Both the position numbers and the translations under genes were made by a program. DNA of 64,000 bases from an uncultured Actinomycetes bacterium (GTDB taxonomy: Bacteria; Actinomycetota; UBA4738; JBBDTT01): positions 384,001-448,000 of the forward strand of contig CAVUMN010000004.1 of NCBI GenBank assembly GCA_963742735.1, read 5' to 3'. Under the pieces are notes generated by a model. The model searched no databases and was not told the DNA's origin. It worked only from the letters and a program-made list of their open reading frames with translations. This document shows, one piece after another, positions 40,364 to 51,193 of this stretch; position 1 is the first letter of the stretch; every line of letters starts with the position of its first letter.

Positions 40364-42805
40364 ATGGCGACCCTGTTCGACCGCGTCGAATCCGTCCTCA
40401 TCGAGGACGAGATCCAGTCGTCGTTCATCGACTACGCGATGTCGGTCATCGTCTCGCGGGCGCTCCCGGACGTACGGGACGGCCTGAAGCCGGTCCACCG
40501 CCGGATCCTCTTCTCGATGATGGAGGGGAACCTCACCCCCGACCGTCCGCGACGCAAGTCCGCCGCCGCGGTGGGCGACGTCATCAAGAAGTACCACCCC
40601 CACGGCGACCAGCCGGTCTACGACGCCATGGTCCGCATGGCCCAGGACTTCTCGCTGCGGTACCCGCTCATCGACCCCCAGGGCAACTGGGGCAACATCG
40701 ATGGCGATCCGGCGGCCGCGCAGCGGTACACGGAGTGCCGGCTGTCTCCGCTCGCCATGGAGCTCCTGCGCGACATCGACAAGGAGACCGTCGACTTCAT
40801 CCCCAACTACGACGGGTACGAGGAGGAGCCGGTCGTCCTGCCGGCTCGGTTCCCGAACCTGCTCGCCAACGGCTCGTCGGGCATCGCGGTCGGCCTGGCC
40901 ACGAACATCCCGCCCCACAACCTTGGGGAGATCATCGACGCCACGGTCGCGGCGATCGACAACCCGAAGATCACGGTCCGCGAGCTCATGAAGTTCGTGA
41001 AGGGCCCGGACTTCCCGACCGCGGGCTACATCATCGGCACCGAGGGGATTCGCGACGCGTACGAGACGGGGCGGGGCTCGATCCGGATGCGGGCCAAGAT
41101 CGAGATCGACGAGAACCGCCAGGGCCGCCAGCAGATCGTCGTCCGCGAGCTGCCCTACATGGTCAACAAGTCCCGTCTCACCGAGAAGATCAAGCTCCTC
41201 TACGACACCGGCAAGATCAAGGACATCGCGTCGCTGGACGACCACTCCAGCCGTTCGGAGATGCGCCTGACGATCGGGCTGAAGCGGGGGGCGAACCCGC
41301 ACGTCGTCCTGAACCAGCTCTACAAGCACACCCAGCTGCAGGACTCGTTCGGCGTGAACATGGTCGCGCTGGTCGACGGCGTCCCGCGGACGCTGAACCT
41401 GGGGCAGGCGATCCTGCATTACATCGACCACCAGATCGAGGTGGTCACCCGCCGCACGAAGTTCGAGCTCCGCAAGGCCGAGGAGCGCGCCCACATCCTC
41501 GAGGGCCTGCTGATCGCCCTCGCCAACATCGACGAGGTCATCAAGATCATCCGCGGGTCCGACGACGCCGACGAGGCGCGCGGCAAGCTGATGAGCCGCT
41601 TCAAGCTTTCCGAGATCCAGGCGAACTACATCCTGGACATGCCGCTGCGCCGCCTGACCAAGCTCGAGCGCTCGAAGATCGAGGAGGAGCACCGGGAGCT
41701 GATGGCGCTGATCAAGCGCCTGAAGTCCCTCCTGAAGGACCCGAAGAAGATCCGGGCCCTGATCAAGGACGAGCTGCTCGACATCCGCGCCCGGTTCGCC
41801 GACGAGCGCCGGACGGAGATCTTGCCCGACGAGGGCGACCTGGACATCGAAGACCTGATCCAGGAGGAGGACGTCGTCATCACGGTGACCCGCGCCGGGT
41901 ACGTGAAGCGGCTCCCCGTCGAGACCTACCGCCGCCAGGGCCGGGGCGGGCGCGGCGTGATCGGGGCGAACCTCAAGGAAGAGGACGTGATCAAGCACGT
42001 CTTCACCACCACCACCCATCACTGGCTGCTGGTGTTCACCAACCGCGGCCGCGTGTACCGCACCAAGGTCCACAACATCCCCGAGGGCTCGCGCACCGGG
42101 CGGGGGCTCTACGTGGCCAACCTGCCGGGCATGGGGTTCTCGGGCGAGGAGCGCATCGCCTCGATCGTCGACCTCAAGGACTACGGCCAGGCCAAGTTCG
42201 CGGTCTTCGCCACCAAGAAGGGCATCGTCAAGAAGACGGTCCTGTCCGAGTACGACTCGCCGCGGACCGGCCTCGCCGCGATCAACCTGCGTGCCGAGGA
42301 CGAGCTGATCGACGTGCGGCTGACCGACGGCAAGGAGGACGTGTTCCTCGTCTCCAGACACGGGCAGGCCATCCGCTTCAAGAGCGTCCAGGCCCGTCCG
42401 ATGGGCCGCGCCACCAGCGGCGTGATCGGCATGCGCCTCGTGGACGACGACGAGGTCATTGCGCTGGCGCTGGAGGGCGAGGGCGAGGAGGTCATCTCGA
42501 TCACCCAGCTCGGCTACGGCAAGCGCACGCCGCTCAAGGACTACCCGGTGAAGGGCCGCGGAACCCGTGGCGTGATCACCGCGAAGCTCACGGACAAGAC
42601 CGGGCTGCTCGCCGGCGCCTTCGTCGGCAACAAGGACCAGGACGTGTTCGTCATCAACGCGACCGGCATCGTCATCCGCATCCTGGCCGGCCAGCTCAGG
42701 CGCACCGGGCGGCCCAGCCAGGGCGTTCGCGTGATGCGGTTGGACGGCGAGGACAAGATCGTGGCCGTCGCCCCCGTTCTCAACGTGGCCGAGGAGGCCG
42801 AGTAG
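40364..42805 (+). CDS. gyrA: DNA gyrase subunit A
   Basis: [22 protein letters not shown], catalytic RYTE, GyrA-box QGRGGRG. Confidence 0.98.
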   Translation: MATLFDRVESVLIEDEIQSSFIDYAMSVIVSRALPDVRDGLKPVHRRILFSMMEGNLTPDRPRRKSAAAVGDVIKKYHPHGDQPVYDAMVRMAQDFSLRYPLIDPQGNWGNIDGDPAAAQRYTECRLSPLAMELLRDIDKETVDFIPNYDGYEEEPVVLPARFPNLLANGSSGIAVGLATNIPPHNLGEIIDATVAAIDNPKITVRELMKFVKGPDFPTAGYIIGTEGIRDAYETGRGSIRMRAKIEIDENRQGRQQIVVRELPYMVNKSRLTEKIKLLYDTGKIKDIASLDDHSSRSEMRLTIGLKRGANPHVVLNQLYKHTQLQDSFGVNMVALVDGVPRTLNLGQAILHYIDHQIEVVTRRTKFELRKAEERAHILEGLLIALANIDEVIKIIRGSDDADEARGKLMSRFKLSEIQANYILDMPLRRLTKLERSKIEEEHRELMALIKRLKSLLKDPKKIRALIKDELLDIRARFADERRTEILPDEGDLDIEDLIQEEDVVITVTRAGYVKRLPVETYRRQGRGGRGVIGANLKEEDVIKHVFTTTTHHWLLVFTNRGRVYRTKVHNIPEGSRTGRGLYVANLPGMGFSGEERIASIVDLKDYGQAKFAVFATKKGIVKKTVLSEYDSPRTGLAAINLRAEDELIDVRLTDGKEDVFLVSRHGQAIRFKSVQARPMGRATSGVIGMRLVDDDEVIALALEGEGEEVISITQLGYGKRTPLKDYPVKGRGTRGVITAKLTDKTGLLAGAFVGNKDQDVFVINATGIVIRILAGQLRRTGRPSQGVRVMRLDGEDKIVAVAPVLNVAEEAE

Positions 42806-42811
42806 CGGGGC

Positions 42812-43120
42812 ATGCACATGGTGGCCAGCCAGTTCGGCGCCCCGAGCATCCCCGGGCGGGGCGTGGGCATCCTGATCGCGGTCTCCTGCGTCGTGGCCGG
42901 GCTGCTTCTGGCGTTCCTCGGGAGGACGCGACTTCCCGGCTCCGTCGTCGTCCCGCTCCTCGCGGCGTGCGGCGTCGGTTTCGCCGTCGCCGGCATCCTG
43001 TTCGAACCGTTCGAGTGGCAGGTCAACCGCGGTGAGATCATCGCGGCCGTCGTGCTCCTGGCGGCCTTCGCGCCGCTGCACGTTCGTGTCGCGCTTGGGC
43101 CGTTCGGCCGGAGGGCATAA
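42812..43120 (+). CDS. Small membrane protein (3 TM)
   Basis: Three hydrophobic segments; starts 6 nt after the gyrA stop. Confidence 0.6.
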   Translation: MHMVASQFGAPSIPGRGVGILIAVSCVVAGLLLAFLGRTRLPGSVVVPLLAACGVGFAVAGILFEPFEWQVNRGEIIAAVVLLAAFAPLHVRVALGPFGRRA

Positions 43121-43192
43121 GCAGGCGGAGCACGCCGCGACGGAGAATGCTTGCCCCCGGGCCTACCGCGGTTTACAACGAGGGACCTGACA

Positions 43193-43600
43193 ATGGCACG
43201 AACCATGGAGTACGACCCCGCAACCCGAGGCACCTCTCGCGCGGCCGCACGCGGCCGGGTGCGCGTCGTGGTCCGACGGGTCGAGCCCTGGTCGGTGCTC
43301 AAGTTCTCACTGCTCTTCTACTTCTGCATCATGCTGATCTTCCTTTTCGGCACCGTGATCCTGTACTGGGTTCTGGGGGCGATCGGCGTGCTCGACTCGC
43401 TGGCCTCGTTCATCGGCGGCCTGTACGGCGACGACGCCTTCAAGTTCAACGGCGGCTGGATCTTCACGTGGCTGTTCGTGCTGGGGCTCCTCGGGGTGGT
43501 CGCATGGTCGCTCATCAACGTGTGCGTCGCGTTCCTGTACAACCTGGTCTCCGACATCGTCGGGGGCGTGCAGATCACCCTGGACGACCGCAACCGCTAG
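43193..43600 (+). CDS. DUF3566 membrane protein
   Basis: RRVEPWSVLKFS and AFLYNLVSDIVGGVQITL; conserved position after gyrA. Confidence 0.92.
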   Translation: MARTMEYDPATRGTSRAAARGRVRVVVRRVEPWSVLKFSLLFYFCIMLIFLFGTVILYWVLGAIGVLDSLASFIGGLYGDDAFKFNGGWIFTWLFVLGLLGVVAWSLINVCVAFLYNLVSDIVGGVQITLDDRNR

Positions 43601-43640
43601 CCCGCCGGACTCTTGTCGGCGACGGGTTCGACCGAGTAGC

Positions 43641-45332
43641 GTGCCCTCTGTGCGCCGCATCCTCCTGCTGACCCTGCTCGTGGCGAGCGTCCTCGCGATC
43701 CCCTCCGGCGCTCCGGTGGGCGCCGTGGCGACCGTCGAGCCCTTCGGGTTGGGGACCGCGACCGCCGAGGTCGGCGGCGACGGCTCGTGCCCCACGGGGC
43801 ACACCTGCCAGCGGGTGAGGATCGCCTGTCCCGAGGTGGTCGATCGCACGGCGTACGTCGCGTCGGCGACCCCGGCCCCGGCAAGCCCCCGAGGCATGGC
43901 GGTGTTCTTCGCGGGCGGCGACGCCACGTTCTACTGGGCCGGCAACGCCGAGCGGCTCGGGACGCTGAGCCAGATCCGGTCGGAGTACAACGTCCAGACC
44001 GTCCAGGTGCGATGGGAGGGCGGGTGGATGAAGTCCGGGGACGGGATGCCGGCGGGCGCCGCCCGGGCCGGGTGCCGGCCCGCGACGATCGCGAAATGGA
44101 TCCGCGACAACCTCTATCAGCCCCCGGCCGTCCACCCGGGCGTGGGGAGATGCGGGTTCTGCCTGGTGGGCAGCAGCGGGAGCTCCTCGGCGGTGACCTA
44201 CCCCCTCACCCACTACGCGGCGGACGCCTGGCTCGACGGCGTCATCGTCACCGGGGGGCCGGCGCATGCGGCGATCGCCCGCGGATGCCTGACGCGCCGC
44301 GGCGACGAGGGCTACACGTGGGACGCGAACACCGCGGCGTCCATGGACAGCTCGTACGGTTTCGTCGCCGGCGTCAAGGGCCCGTGCGAGCTCCGCGACC
44401 CCACGTGGGAGGACGAGTGGATCCGGGACGCTCTGGATACGAACGGCTCGGACTACCAGTTCGCGACGACGCGGTACCACATCATCATCGGGGACTCGGA
44501 CACGCTGCAGCACTACCACTCCTCGGACTTCGTGGCCCGGGTGGAGGCGGCGGGAACCCCCTTCCTCGGCGTGGACGTCGTGGCCGGGATGAGCCACCTG
44601 CTGACCTCCATCGGGCTCTCTCACGTGAAGTCCGCGGTCGGCGCCGATGGAGATGACCCGATCGTCGCCTGCGCCAACGGCTTCGACGACGACCAGGACG
44701 GGGCCGTCGATACGTCCGACGGGGGGTGCGCCTCGAGCGCCGACGCCAGCGAGCACGGGGCCGCCGCATGCGACGACGGGCTCGACAACGACGGCGACGG
44801 ACGGCGCGACCGGTGGAAGGACCCAGGCTGCGCCTCGGCCGCGGACGGGAACGAGCATGGGTCGCTCGCCTGCGACGACGGGGCCGACAACGACGGCGAC
44901 GGCAAGACCGACTTCCCGGCCGATCTGACCTGCACGAGCCCGTCGGGGACGACCGAGGGCACGACCGGGGGCGGCGTGGTCGTCTCCATGTCGGCCTCCG
45001 CGATCTCCGTCACGGAGCCCGACCCGGGTGGTACGGCCGTCAAGTGCAAGTTCAAGGTCAAGCTCTCGGCCAGCCCCTCGACCGCGATCACGGTCTCGTT
45101 CGCCACCCAGAACGGGACCGCGCTGGCCGGCTCGGACTACACCGCGAAGACGGCCACCGTCTCGTGGGCGGCCGGGACCGCGACGCTCGTGAAGCAGGTG
45201 GCGGTCGTCGTGAAGCCCGACGCGACGACGGAGCCGAATGAGACGTTCTCCGGGGTGCTGTCGAACCCGGCGGCCAACGCGACGCTGGGCACGCCCTCCT
45301 CGACGGTGTGCACCGTCAAGAACGACGACTAG
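43641..45332 (+). CDS. Secreted protein: alpha/beta-hydrolase-like domain, three Cys/Asp repeats, Calx-beta domain
   Basis: Signal peptide; LVGSSGSS elbow-like; AC.(N/D)G.D.D.DG..D x3; T.NGTA.AGSDY and D...EPNETF. Confidence 0.7.
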   Translation: MPSVRRILLLTLLVASVLAIPSGAPVGAVATVEPFGLGTATAEVGGDGSCPTGHTCQRVRIACPEVVDRTAYVASATPAPASPRGMAVFFAGGDATFYWAGNAERLGTLSQIRSEYNVQTVQVRWEGGWMKSGDGMPAGAARAGCRPATIAKWIRDNLYQPPAVHPGVGRCGFCLVGSSGSSSAVTYPLTHYAADAWLDGVIVTGGPAHAAIARGCLTRRGDEGYTWDANTAASMDSSYGFVAGVKGPCELRDPTWEDEWIRDALDTNGSDYQFATTRYHIIIGDSDTLQHYHSSDFVARVEAAGTPFLGVDVVAGMSHLLTSIGLSHVKSAVGADGDDPIVACANGFDDDQDGAVDTSDGGCASSADASEHGAAACDDGLDNDGDGRRDRWKDPGCASAADGNEHGSLACDDGADNDGDGKTDFPADLTCTSPSGTTEGTTGGGVVVSMSASAISVTEPDPGGTAVKCKFKVKLSASPSTAITVSFATQNGTALAGSDYTAKTATVSWAAGTATLVKQVAVVVKPDATTEPNETFSGVLSNPAANATLGTPSSTVCTVKNDD

Positions 45333-45357
45333 CAGCACCGGCTGCTCCCGTGTTTCG

Positions 45358-45387
45358 TTGACACGTTTTCCGGAGCGCGAGTACGCT
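45358..45387 (+). promoter_or_regulatory. Housekeeping sigma promoter for tRNA-Ile
   Basis: TTGACA-N18-TACGCT. Confidence 0.7.
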
Positions 45388-45427
45388 TGGCCGGAGCCGG
45401 GGCCCGCATCACTGTGTGGGCATTCGC

Positions 45428-45501
<74 letters not shown>

Positions 45502-45521
45502 CTCGGGAAAAAGGAGGCAGC

Positions 45522-45674
45522 ATGGGTGAGGAGAAGAAGGGAAAGAAGCGGTTCTTCCTCTTCGCCATGCTCATCGCGGCCGGCGCCGCGCTGGTGACGG
45601 TCTTCAAGCGTCGCCGCGGTGCAGGCATCGAGGAGAGCGAGTGGCAGGAGCTCCCGCCCCCCGAGGGCGGCTAA
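45522..45674 (+). CDS. 50-aa membrane peptide at the DLW-39 position (not in the ORF track)
   Basis: AAGGAGG RBS; MGEEKKGKKRFFLFAMLIAAGAALVTVFKRRRGAGIEESEWQELPPPEGG. Confidence 0.75.
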   Translation: MGEEKKGKKRFFLFAMLIAAGAALVTVFKRRRGAGIEESEWQELPPPEGG

Positions 45675-45695
45675 CGGCTCCGGCAAGGAACTCGC

Positions 45696-45725
45696 GAAGG
45701 GCTCGCCCGGAAGGGCGGGCCCTTC
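45696..45725. terminator. Hairpin between convergent genes
   Basis: GAAGGGCTCGCCC-GGAA-GGGCGGGCCCTTC, 13 bp with one G-U pair. Confidence 0.65.
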
Positions 45726-46485
45726 AGCGTTTCCGGAGGCGCCTGCGGGCCACGTCCAGGGCGTAGGGGGCCACGCCGAGCGGTCCGGCGTGCCGGGCCA
45801 CCATGCGGGCGCGGTTGGCCACCGTGCGCCGCGCGATGGCGCCGAGCGACCACCGCGATCCCGAGGCCGTCCCGCCGGCGTGCTCGGCCCGAGCACGCTT
45901 CGCGACGACCACCCGCCCACCGTCGCGCCACACCCGCCAGCAGAGCTCCTCGTCCTCGACGTACATGAAGAACCGCCTGTCGAACCGCAGGTCGGTGTGC
46001 CCGGGGGCCAGCAGCATCGCCGCGCCCGGCAGCCACGGGACGGCCCGCCACCCGTCGCCGGCGGCTGCCTCCCCGTCCCAGGCCAGCGGCGCGGGGAATC
46101 GGTCCTTGGCGGGCCGGGGCTCATGGTGCTCGTCGAGCAGCACCGGCCCTGCGATCCAGGCGCCGGCGTCCTCCGCGGCGCGCAGGAGCTCCGCCACGGC
46201 GCCCTCGGCCAGGTAGGCGTCCTGGTTCAGGACGAGGGCCGCGACGCCACGGGCCGCCTTCAGTCCCGCGTTCGCCGCCCGGCCGAACCCGACGTTCCGC
46301 GGCATGGCCAGGACCCGCACCCGCGGGTCCAGGTGCGCCCAACGGAGGTCGTTGGCGACCCCCTCGTTGTCGACGACGATCGCCTCGAGGACCTCGGGCT
46401 GGGCCAGCGCCGCGGCCAGGCTCGCCCGAAGCTCGTTCCGCCCCCGGTAGTGGACGATGACCGCGGAGACCGACGGCTCCGTCAC
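45724..46485 (-). CDS. Glycosyltransferase family 2 (WbbL-like)
   Basis: IVVDN, NVGFGRAANAG, LNQDA, FFMYVEDEELC. Confidence 0.9.
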   Translation of the reverse strand: MTEPSVSAVIVHYRGRNELRASLAAALAQPEVLEAIVVDNEGVANDLRWAHLDPRVRVLAMPRNVGFGRAANAGLKAARGVAALVLNQDAYLAEGAVAELLRAAEDAGAWIAGPVLLDEHHEPRPAKDRFPAPLAWDGEAAAGDGWRAVPWLPGAAMLLAPGHTDLRFDRRFFMYVEDEELCWRVWRDGGRVVVAKRARAEHAGGTASGSRWSLGAIARRTVANRARMVARHAGPLGVAPYALDVARRRLRKR

Positions 46486-47381
46486 GAGCCTCGGACTCGC
46501 GGGCGGACCAGCTGAGCCATGCTCGCCCGCGCGTCGCGCGCCCGCTCGCGCAGCCAGATCGCCACGGGGTTCGCGAAGACTCCGTTGCGGCGCCGGATGG
46601 CCCGTAACCGCGCCTCGACCTCCGGGCGCCGCTCGGCGATGCGCGCGTCCATGAGCTCGCCCGCGTACCGGTGGAGATCCACATCGAGCGCGTTGCGCTC
46701 CCGGATGGCCTCCAGGATGGCGGGGTCGAGGTCTCGTTCGCGCGGCCGGTCCTCGCTCACGTTGCGGGTGAGATAGGCGTGCGGGCGCCAGCCGAGCTCA
46801 ATACCCAGCAGGGCTACGAACTCGTCGAAGCGCTCTGTGACGCCGACCACACGCATCGTGCGCAGGTTCGCCTTCGCCTGCTCGAGCTGCCGGGGCGTGA
46901 TCGAGATCGACCCCGCGAGCCCTGCAAGCCGGCGCGTCTGGCCGTTGTCGACTTCCCAATCTCGCGCCTCGGCGACATAGTCGGCGAGGGCCCGCGTGAG
47001 CCCCTGGTGGGCCGTTCGGTGGGCGTACATCGACAGCACCCGGGGCACCGGATCGCGGATCAGCGTGATGTAGTCGGCGGGGAACGGCAGCGCCTCGTGA
47101 AAGCCATACGAGAAGTGTCCGATCAGCAGGCGGAGATGCCCGACCCGATCGGGAGGCAGCTCCCGAACGAGCCGTCGGTACTGCCGCTGAGGGTCGGGTG
47201 TGCCCATCCCCGCGGGCTGCTCCTCCAGACCCTGCATGTAGCGCATGTGGTGTTTCGCCGCCTCTCCCGGCCCGGCGGGTTCCATCCACACCTCATCGCG
47301 GCGGAACCGTCGAGCGAGGAGGCCCCGGAGCGTCGATCCGGCGGTCTTCGGAACGTGAAGGAAGATGACCGCGCGCGTCAC
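46482..47381 (-). CDS. Sulfotransferase (HxPKT type)
   Basis: FLHVPKTAGST 5'-PSB, RDPVPRVLSMY 3'-PB, VGVTERFDE. Confidence 0.9.
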   Translation of the reverse strand: MTRAVIFLHVPKTAGSTLRGLLARRFRRDEVWMEPAGPGEAAKHHMRYMQGLEEQPAGMGTPDPQRQYRRLVRELPPDRVGHLRLLIGHFSYGFHEALPFPADYITLIRDPVPRVLSMYAHRTAHQGLTRALADYVAEARDWEVDNGQTRRLAGLAGSISITPRQLEQAKANLRTMRVVGVTERFDEFVALLGIELGWRPHAYLTRNVSEDRPRERDLDPAILEAIRERNALDVDLHRYAGELMDARIAERRPEVEARLRAIRRRNGVFANPVAIWLRERARDARASMAQLVRPRVRGS

Positions 47382-48328
47382 GTGCGCTCTTTCTCCCGCC
47401 GGAGCCGAACGTCGCGGGGCACCGGTCGCCCCATGAGGCGAGCGCTCAGCGATAGCGCACGGTCGTAGGCCGGGCGCATCCGCCGGTAGACGGCGAGTCG
47501 GCGACGGTACGCCGCCACGTCCCGGTCCGGGTCGATTCCGAGCTCCTCGACTCGCCGGTCGAGAAGCGCATGTGCGATCCGCACGAGCTCCAGGTCGTAC
47601 TCGTTGTGGCGGCGGAGGATGTCCGCCACGTCGTCCGGCAGGTCTTCCACGCGAGGCCGGCCTCGCGACACGTTGTACGGCACGTAGCCGAGTTTGTGCC
47701 AACCGAAGGTTCGGGCCATGGCCAGAACGCTCAGGTCGAATCGTTCGGTCATGCCGACCACCGAGAAATGCTCACGAAGGTTACTCACCGCGCTCTCGAA
47801 CTGTTCTGAGGTGATCGCGGCACCCAGGCTTGCTCCACGCGAGAGGTTTCGGGTCTGGAGGTTGTCCATCGCGGTGTCGCGCTCGGACCGGATGTAGTCC
47901 TCCACGGACATCCTCAGGCCGTGTCGTGTGGCGCGATGGTGGTAACCGGACAGGACTCGGTCCAACGGGTCGCGCAGGATCGTGATGTACGTGGACGGGC
48001 CTGGGACGGCCTCGTGGATACCGAACCGCATATGTCCCAAGACGACCCGAACCCGCGACAGCCGCTCGGGAGGCAGGGCCCGGATCTGCGCCATGTGGAC
48101 GTCCAGGGGCGACTGGCTCACGGCATCGGGCTGACCCCCCTCCATGAGCCAACGCACGTGCGCCTGCCGTCTCTGATCTTCCGCGCCGCCCGGAAGCCTG
48201 GGGTTGTAGGTCGCCCCCGGCTTGTACTGGCGCCAGATCAGCTGTCGCAGCGTGAGCCCGCCGGTCTTCGGGACGTGCACGAAGATGATCGTTGGGTCGT
48301 CTCGGGCAGGTTCGACTCGGGAATCCAC
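47378..48328 (-). CDS. Sulfotransferase (HxPKT type)
   Basis: FVHVPKTGGLT, RDPLDRVLSGY, VGMTERFD. Confidence 0.9.
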   Translation of the reverse strand: MDSRVEPARDDPTIIFVHVPKTGGLTLRQLIWRQYKPGATYNPRLPGGAEDQRRQAHVRWLMEGGQPDAVSQSPLDVHMAQIRALPPERLSRVRVVLGHMRFGIHEAVPGPSTYITILRDPLDRVLSGYHHRATRHGLRMSVEDYIRSERDTAMDNLQTRNLSRGASLGAAITSEQFESAVSNLREHFSVVGMTERFDLSVLAMARTFGWHKLGYVPYNVSRGRPRVEDLPDDVADILRRHNEYDLELVRIAHALLDRRVEELGIDPDRDVAAYRRRLAVYRRMRPAYDRALSLSARLMGRPVPRDVRLRREKERT

Positions 48329-48355
48329 GACGCCTGGATTCTAGGGTCCGCTACC

Positions 48356-49567
48356 ATGCCGTTGGCCGCCGACATGGAACCCCCATTCACGATCGTGTGC
48401 TTCTCCGGAGTCGACTGGAGGTCCCATCGCCAGCGGCCCCACATGCTGATGGAGTCCTTCGCCCGGCGGGGCGCCGACGTCGTCTTCGTCGACAACCTCG
48501 GGACGCGCCTGCCGCGCGTACGCGACGCAGGACGTGTCGCAAGGCGCCTGGCGGGGTGGACGACGCCCTCGCGGATCGAACGGCCCGCGCGAGTCAGCCG
48601 GCCCGCGGACGGTCGGAGAACGGGACAAATCCGTGTCGAGTCGCCCGTGGTGCTCCCGATGCAACAGCTCGGCCCGGTGCGCGCTCTGGGCCGCTCCACG
48701 CTCGTCCGGCGCCTCCGGCGCCGAGTGCGACCAGGTTCTGGACCCCTCGTGGTCTGGACGTACCTGCCGCTCCCGGTCATCGCGGACGCGGCCGCGGCCC
48801 TCGGAGCCGACCTGCTGGTCTACGACTGGTCCGACGACGCCTCTCAGCGCGTCCTCTCCTCGAGTGTGCGACAGCGCCGGCGCCTGGGCCAATGGGAGGA
48901 CGAGATGGTCCGTCGGGCGGACCTCGTGTTCGTCGCATCCGCCGAGCTTCTGCGGTCCCGGGGGTCGGCGAATCCGAACACGCACGTGGTTCCCCACGGA
49001 TCGCCCGGCGAGCACCGCCAGGGCAGGGACGTCGTGATGCCATCACCGTCCGAGCTGGCCGGTCTTGCCCGCCCCCGGATCGGTTTCGTCGGCAGCATCT
49101 CGGCCTGGATCGACCTCCCGCTGATCGAGGGCCTCGCCCGAGCGCGGCCCAAATGGTCGTTCGTTATGGTGGGGCCGGTGAAGACGAGCGTGAGAACCCT
49201 TCGGCGGCTCCCGAACGTCACGCTCATCGGCGAGCGGCCCCACGAGGAAATCCCCGCGTTCCTCGCCGGGTTTGACGTGGCAATCATCCCCTACCGAGTG
49301 ACGCCGGCGATGGCTGCGGCGAGCCCCGTGAAGCTTCGGGAGTACCTCGAGGCGGGTCTCCCGGTGATCTCGGTCGACGTTCCCGAGGTCCACTCCTTCG
49401 CTCCTCGCGTACAAGTGGCATCTGGCATCGAGGGGTTCCTCCGGGAGATCGAGGGCGCCCTCGCGCGGCGGCGGCCCCGGCGACGGATCCCCAAGGGCGA
49501 GTCGTGGGATGAGCGGGCCTCCGAGATGATCGCCCGCATGGACCAGGCGCTGCTCGCCGCTCGATGA
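48356..49567 (+). CDS. GT-B (GT4-like) glycosyltransferase
   Basis: QRPH.L, VYDWSDD, IGFVGSI..W.D, PVKLREYL.AGLPVIS. Confidence 0.87.
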   Translation: MPLAADMEPPFTIVCFSGVDWRSHRQRPHMLMESFARRGADVVFVDNLGTRLPRVRDAGRVARRLAGWTTPSRIERPARVSRPADGRRTGQIRVESPVVLPMQQLGPVRALGRSTLVRRLRRRVRPGSGPLVVWTYLPLPVIADAAAALGADLLVYDWSDDASQRVLSSSVRQRRRLGQWEDEMVRRADLVFVASAELLRSRGSANPNTHVVPHGSPGEHRQGRDVVMPSPSELAGLARPRIGFVGSISAWIDLPLIEGLARARPKWSFVMVGPVKTSVRTLRRLPNVTLIGERPHEEIPAFLAGFDVAIIPYRVTPAMAAASPVKLREYLEAGLPVISVDVPEVHSFAPRVQVASGIEGFLREIEGALARRRPRRRIPKGESWDERASEMIARMDQALLAAR

Positions 49568-50352
49568 GCGACCCCTCCGCCTCCACCCTCCCTGCGAGGG
49601 TCTCCCGAGCTTGGGAAGTCCTCGCGGCCCTCACCATCAGTGAGATCCGTCAGGACCGGGACTTCACGCCCCTCGGCGTCCTGAAGTGGGTCCTCGAGCC
49701 GCTGATCTTCATGGGCGTCTACTTCATCCTGGTGGTCGCCGTCCTCGGTAAGGTCGGAAACAACTTCCTGCTGTTCCTGCTGTGCGCCCTGCTGCCGTAT
49801 CGGTACTTCTCCGGCGTGGCCGGAGGTTCGCTGAGGCTCGTCGGACGGCATTCCTCGATCCTCACGAACCGCTCGTTCCCCCGTAGCGTGCTGCCGCTCG
49901 TGTTGATCGGGACAGAGGGGTTCACGTTCTGCATCTCGCTGGTGTTCCTGGCCCCGGTGATGGCGTACTACCGGATCGGCCCCACCCTGGCGTTCTTGTG
50001 GCTGCCGGTCGTGTTGCTGGTGTTCGGCGTGCTCTGTACCGGAGTGGCGTACCTGGGGACCGTCTTCGGGCTGTACCTCCCCGACTTCCGGAGCCTCGCC
50101 CAGAGCCTGATCCGCGTGTTGTTCTTCATGTCCACGGGCCTCGTCCGCAAGGCGCCGGGGTCGAACCTGCCGGCGCTGCTCGAGGCCAACCCGCTGTCAG
50201 GCGTGTTCGACGCCATCCGCGCCATCGTCATCCAGGGCCGAGCCCCGCAGGCGGGCGATGTGGTCTATCCGCTGGTGGTCGGCGTGGTCATCCTGGCCAT
50301 TGGCCTGACGCTGCACCGGTGGCGCGAGCCGCACTTCGCCAAGGAGGTGTGA
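49564..50352 (+). CDS. ABC-2 polysaccharide exporter permease (Wzm/TagG)
   Basis: LG..KWVLEPL, six TM, NPL motif. Confidence 0.87.
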   Translation: MSDPSASTLPARVSRAWEVLAALTISEIRQDRDFTPLGVLKWVLEPLIFMGVYFILVVAVLGKVGNNFLLFLLCALLPYRYFSGVAGGSLRLVGRHSSILTNRSFPRSVLPLVLIGTEGFTFCISLVFLAPVMAYYRIGPTLAFLWLPVVLLVFGVLCTGVAYLGTVFGLYLPDFRSLAQSLIRVLFFMSTGLVRKAPGSNLPALLEANPLSGVFDAIRAIVIQGRAPQAGDVVYPLVVGVVILAIGLTLHRWREPHFAKEV

Positions 50353-51149
50353 TGGCGAGCGCGATCGCCCTTCGGGACGTGGGGATCCGGTTCAAGGTGC
50401 CCCGCCGAGGCCGCGGAGGTCGAGGTATCCCGCGCCTGCTCGGCCGGAGGCGCTCGAGGTTCTGGGGCATCCGCCACATCAGCTTCGAGGTCGGCCACGG
50501 CGAGGTGGTGGGACTGATCGGTCCCAACGGCTCGGGGAAGTCCACCCTCTTGCGGACGGTGTCGGGGATCTATACACCGAGCGAGGGTCAGGCCATCGTC
50601 GGGGGCCGGGTGGGCCCCCTCCTGTCGGCCGCCGCCGGCCTGGAACCGGGACTGACGGGCTGGGAGAACATCGAGCTTTCGGGGGTCCTGCTCGGCCTGA
50701 CTCGCGCCCAGGCGAAGCAGATCATGCAGCCCGTAGCGGAGTTCGCCGAGATCCTCGAGTTCATGGACGCCCCGGTCAGGGTGTACTCCGCCGGGATGAA
50801 GGCCCGGCTCGGGTTCGCGATCGCGGTGCATACCGACCCGGACATCCTGGCACTGGATGAGGTCATCGCCGTCGGCGATCAGGAGTTCCGCGACCGGAGC
50901 GCGGCCAAGATCCGCGAGTTCATCTCCGCGGGGAAGACGGTCATCGTGACCAGCCACGAGGTCGACAAGATCGCCGACCTGTGCAGCCGGTTCGTGCGGC
51001 TCGAGCGGGGCCGGATGGTCGACGACGGACCTCCAGAGAGGGTCGCCAAGAAATACCTCGATGACCACGGGGGGAGAACCCCGCGGGGCGACCTCCCGCG
51101 AGCCCGCCGGCGCCGGCAGCCGTTGTGGGCCGACGCCGACGACGCCTGA
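50352..51149 (+). CDS. Polysaccharide ABC exporter ATPase (Wzt/TagH)
   Basis: GPNGSGKST, YSAGMKARLGF, LDEVIAVGD. Confidence 0.92.
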   Translation: MASAIALRDVGIRFKVPRRGRGGRGIPRLLGRRRSRFWGIRHISFEVGHGEVVGLIGPNGSGKSTLLRTVSGIYTPSEGQAIVGGRVGPLLSAAAGLEPGLTGWENIELSGVLLGLTRAQAKQIMQPVAEFAEILEFMDAPVRVYSAGMKARLGFAIAVHTDPDILALDEVIAVGDQEFRDRSAAKIREFISAGKTVIVTSHEVDKIADLCSRFVRLERGRMVDDGPPERVAKKYLDDHGGRTPRGDLPRARRRRQPLWADADDA

Positions 51150-51193
51150 GGCCGATCCGTTCGACATTTCGGCAGAAATCAGCGACCGGGTAC

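Noticed and set aside
39767-43081. Long antisense ORFs (1104 aa over gyrA; similar ones over gyrB, cca and thiolase)
   Set aside because: Mirror frames caused by GC-rich third positions; no recognisable motifs
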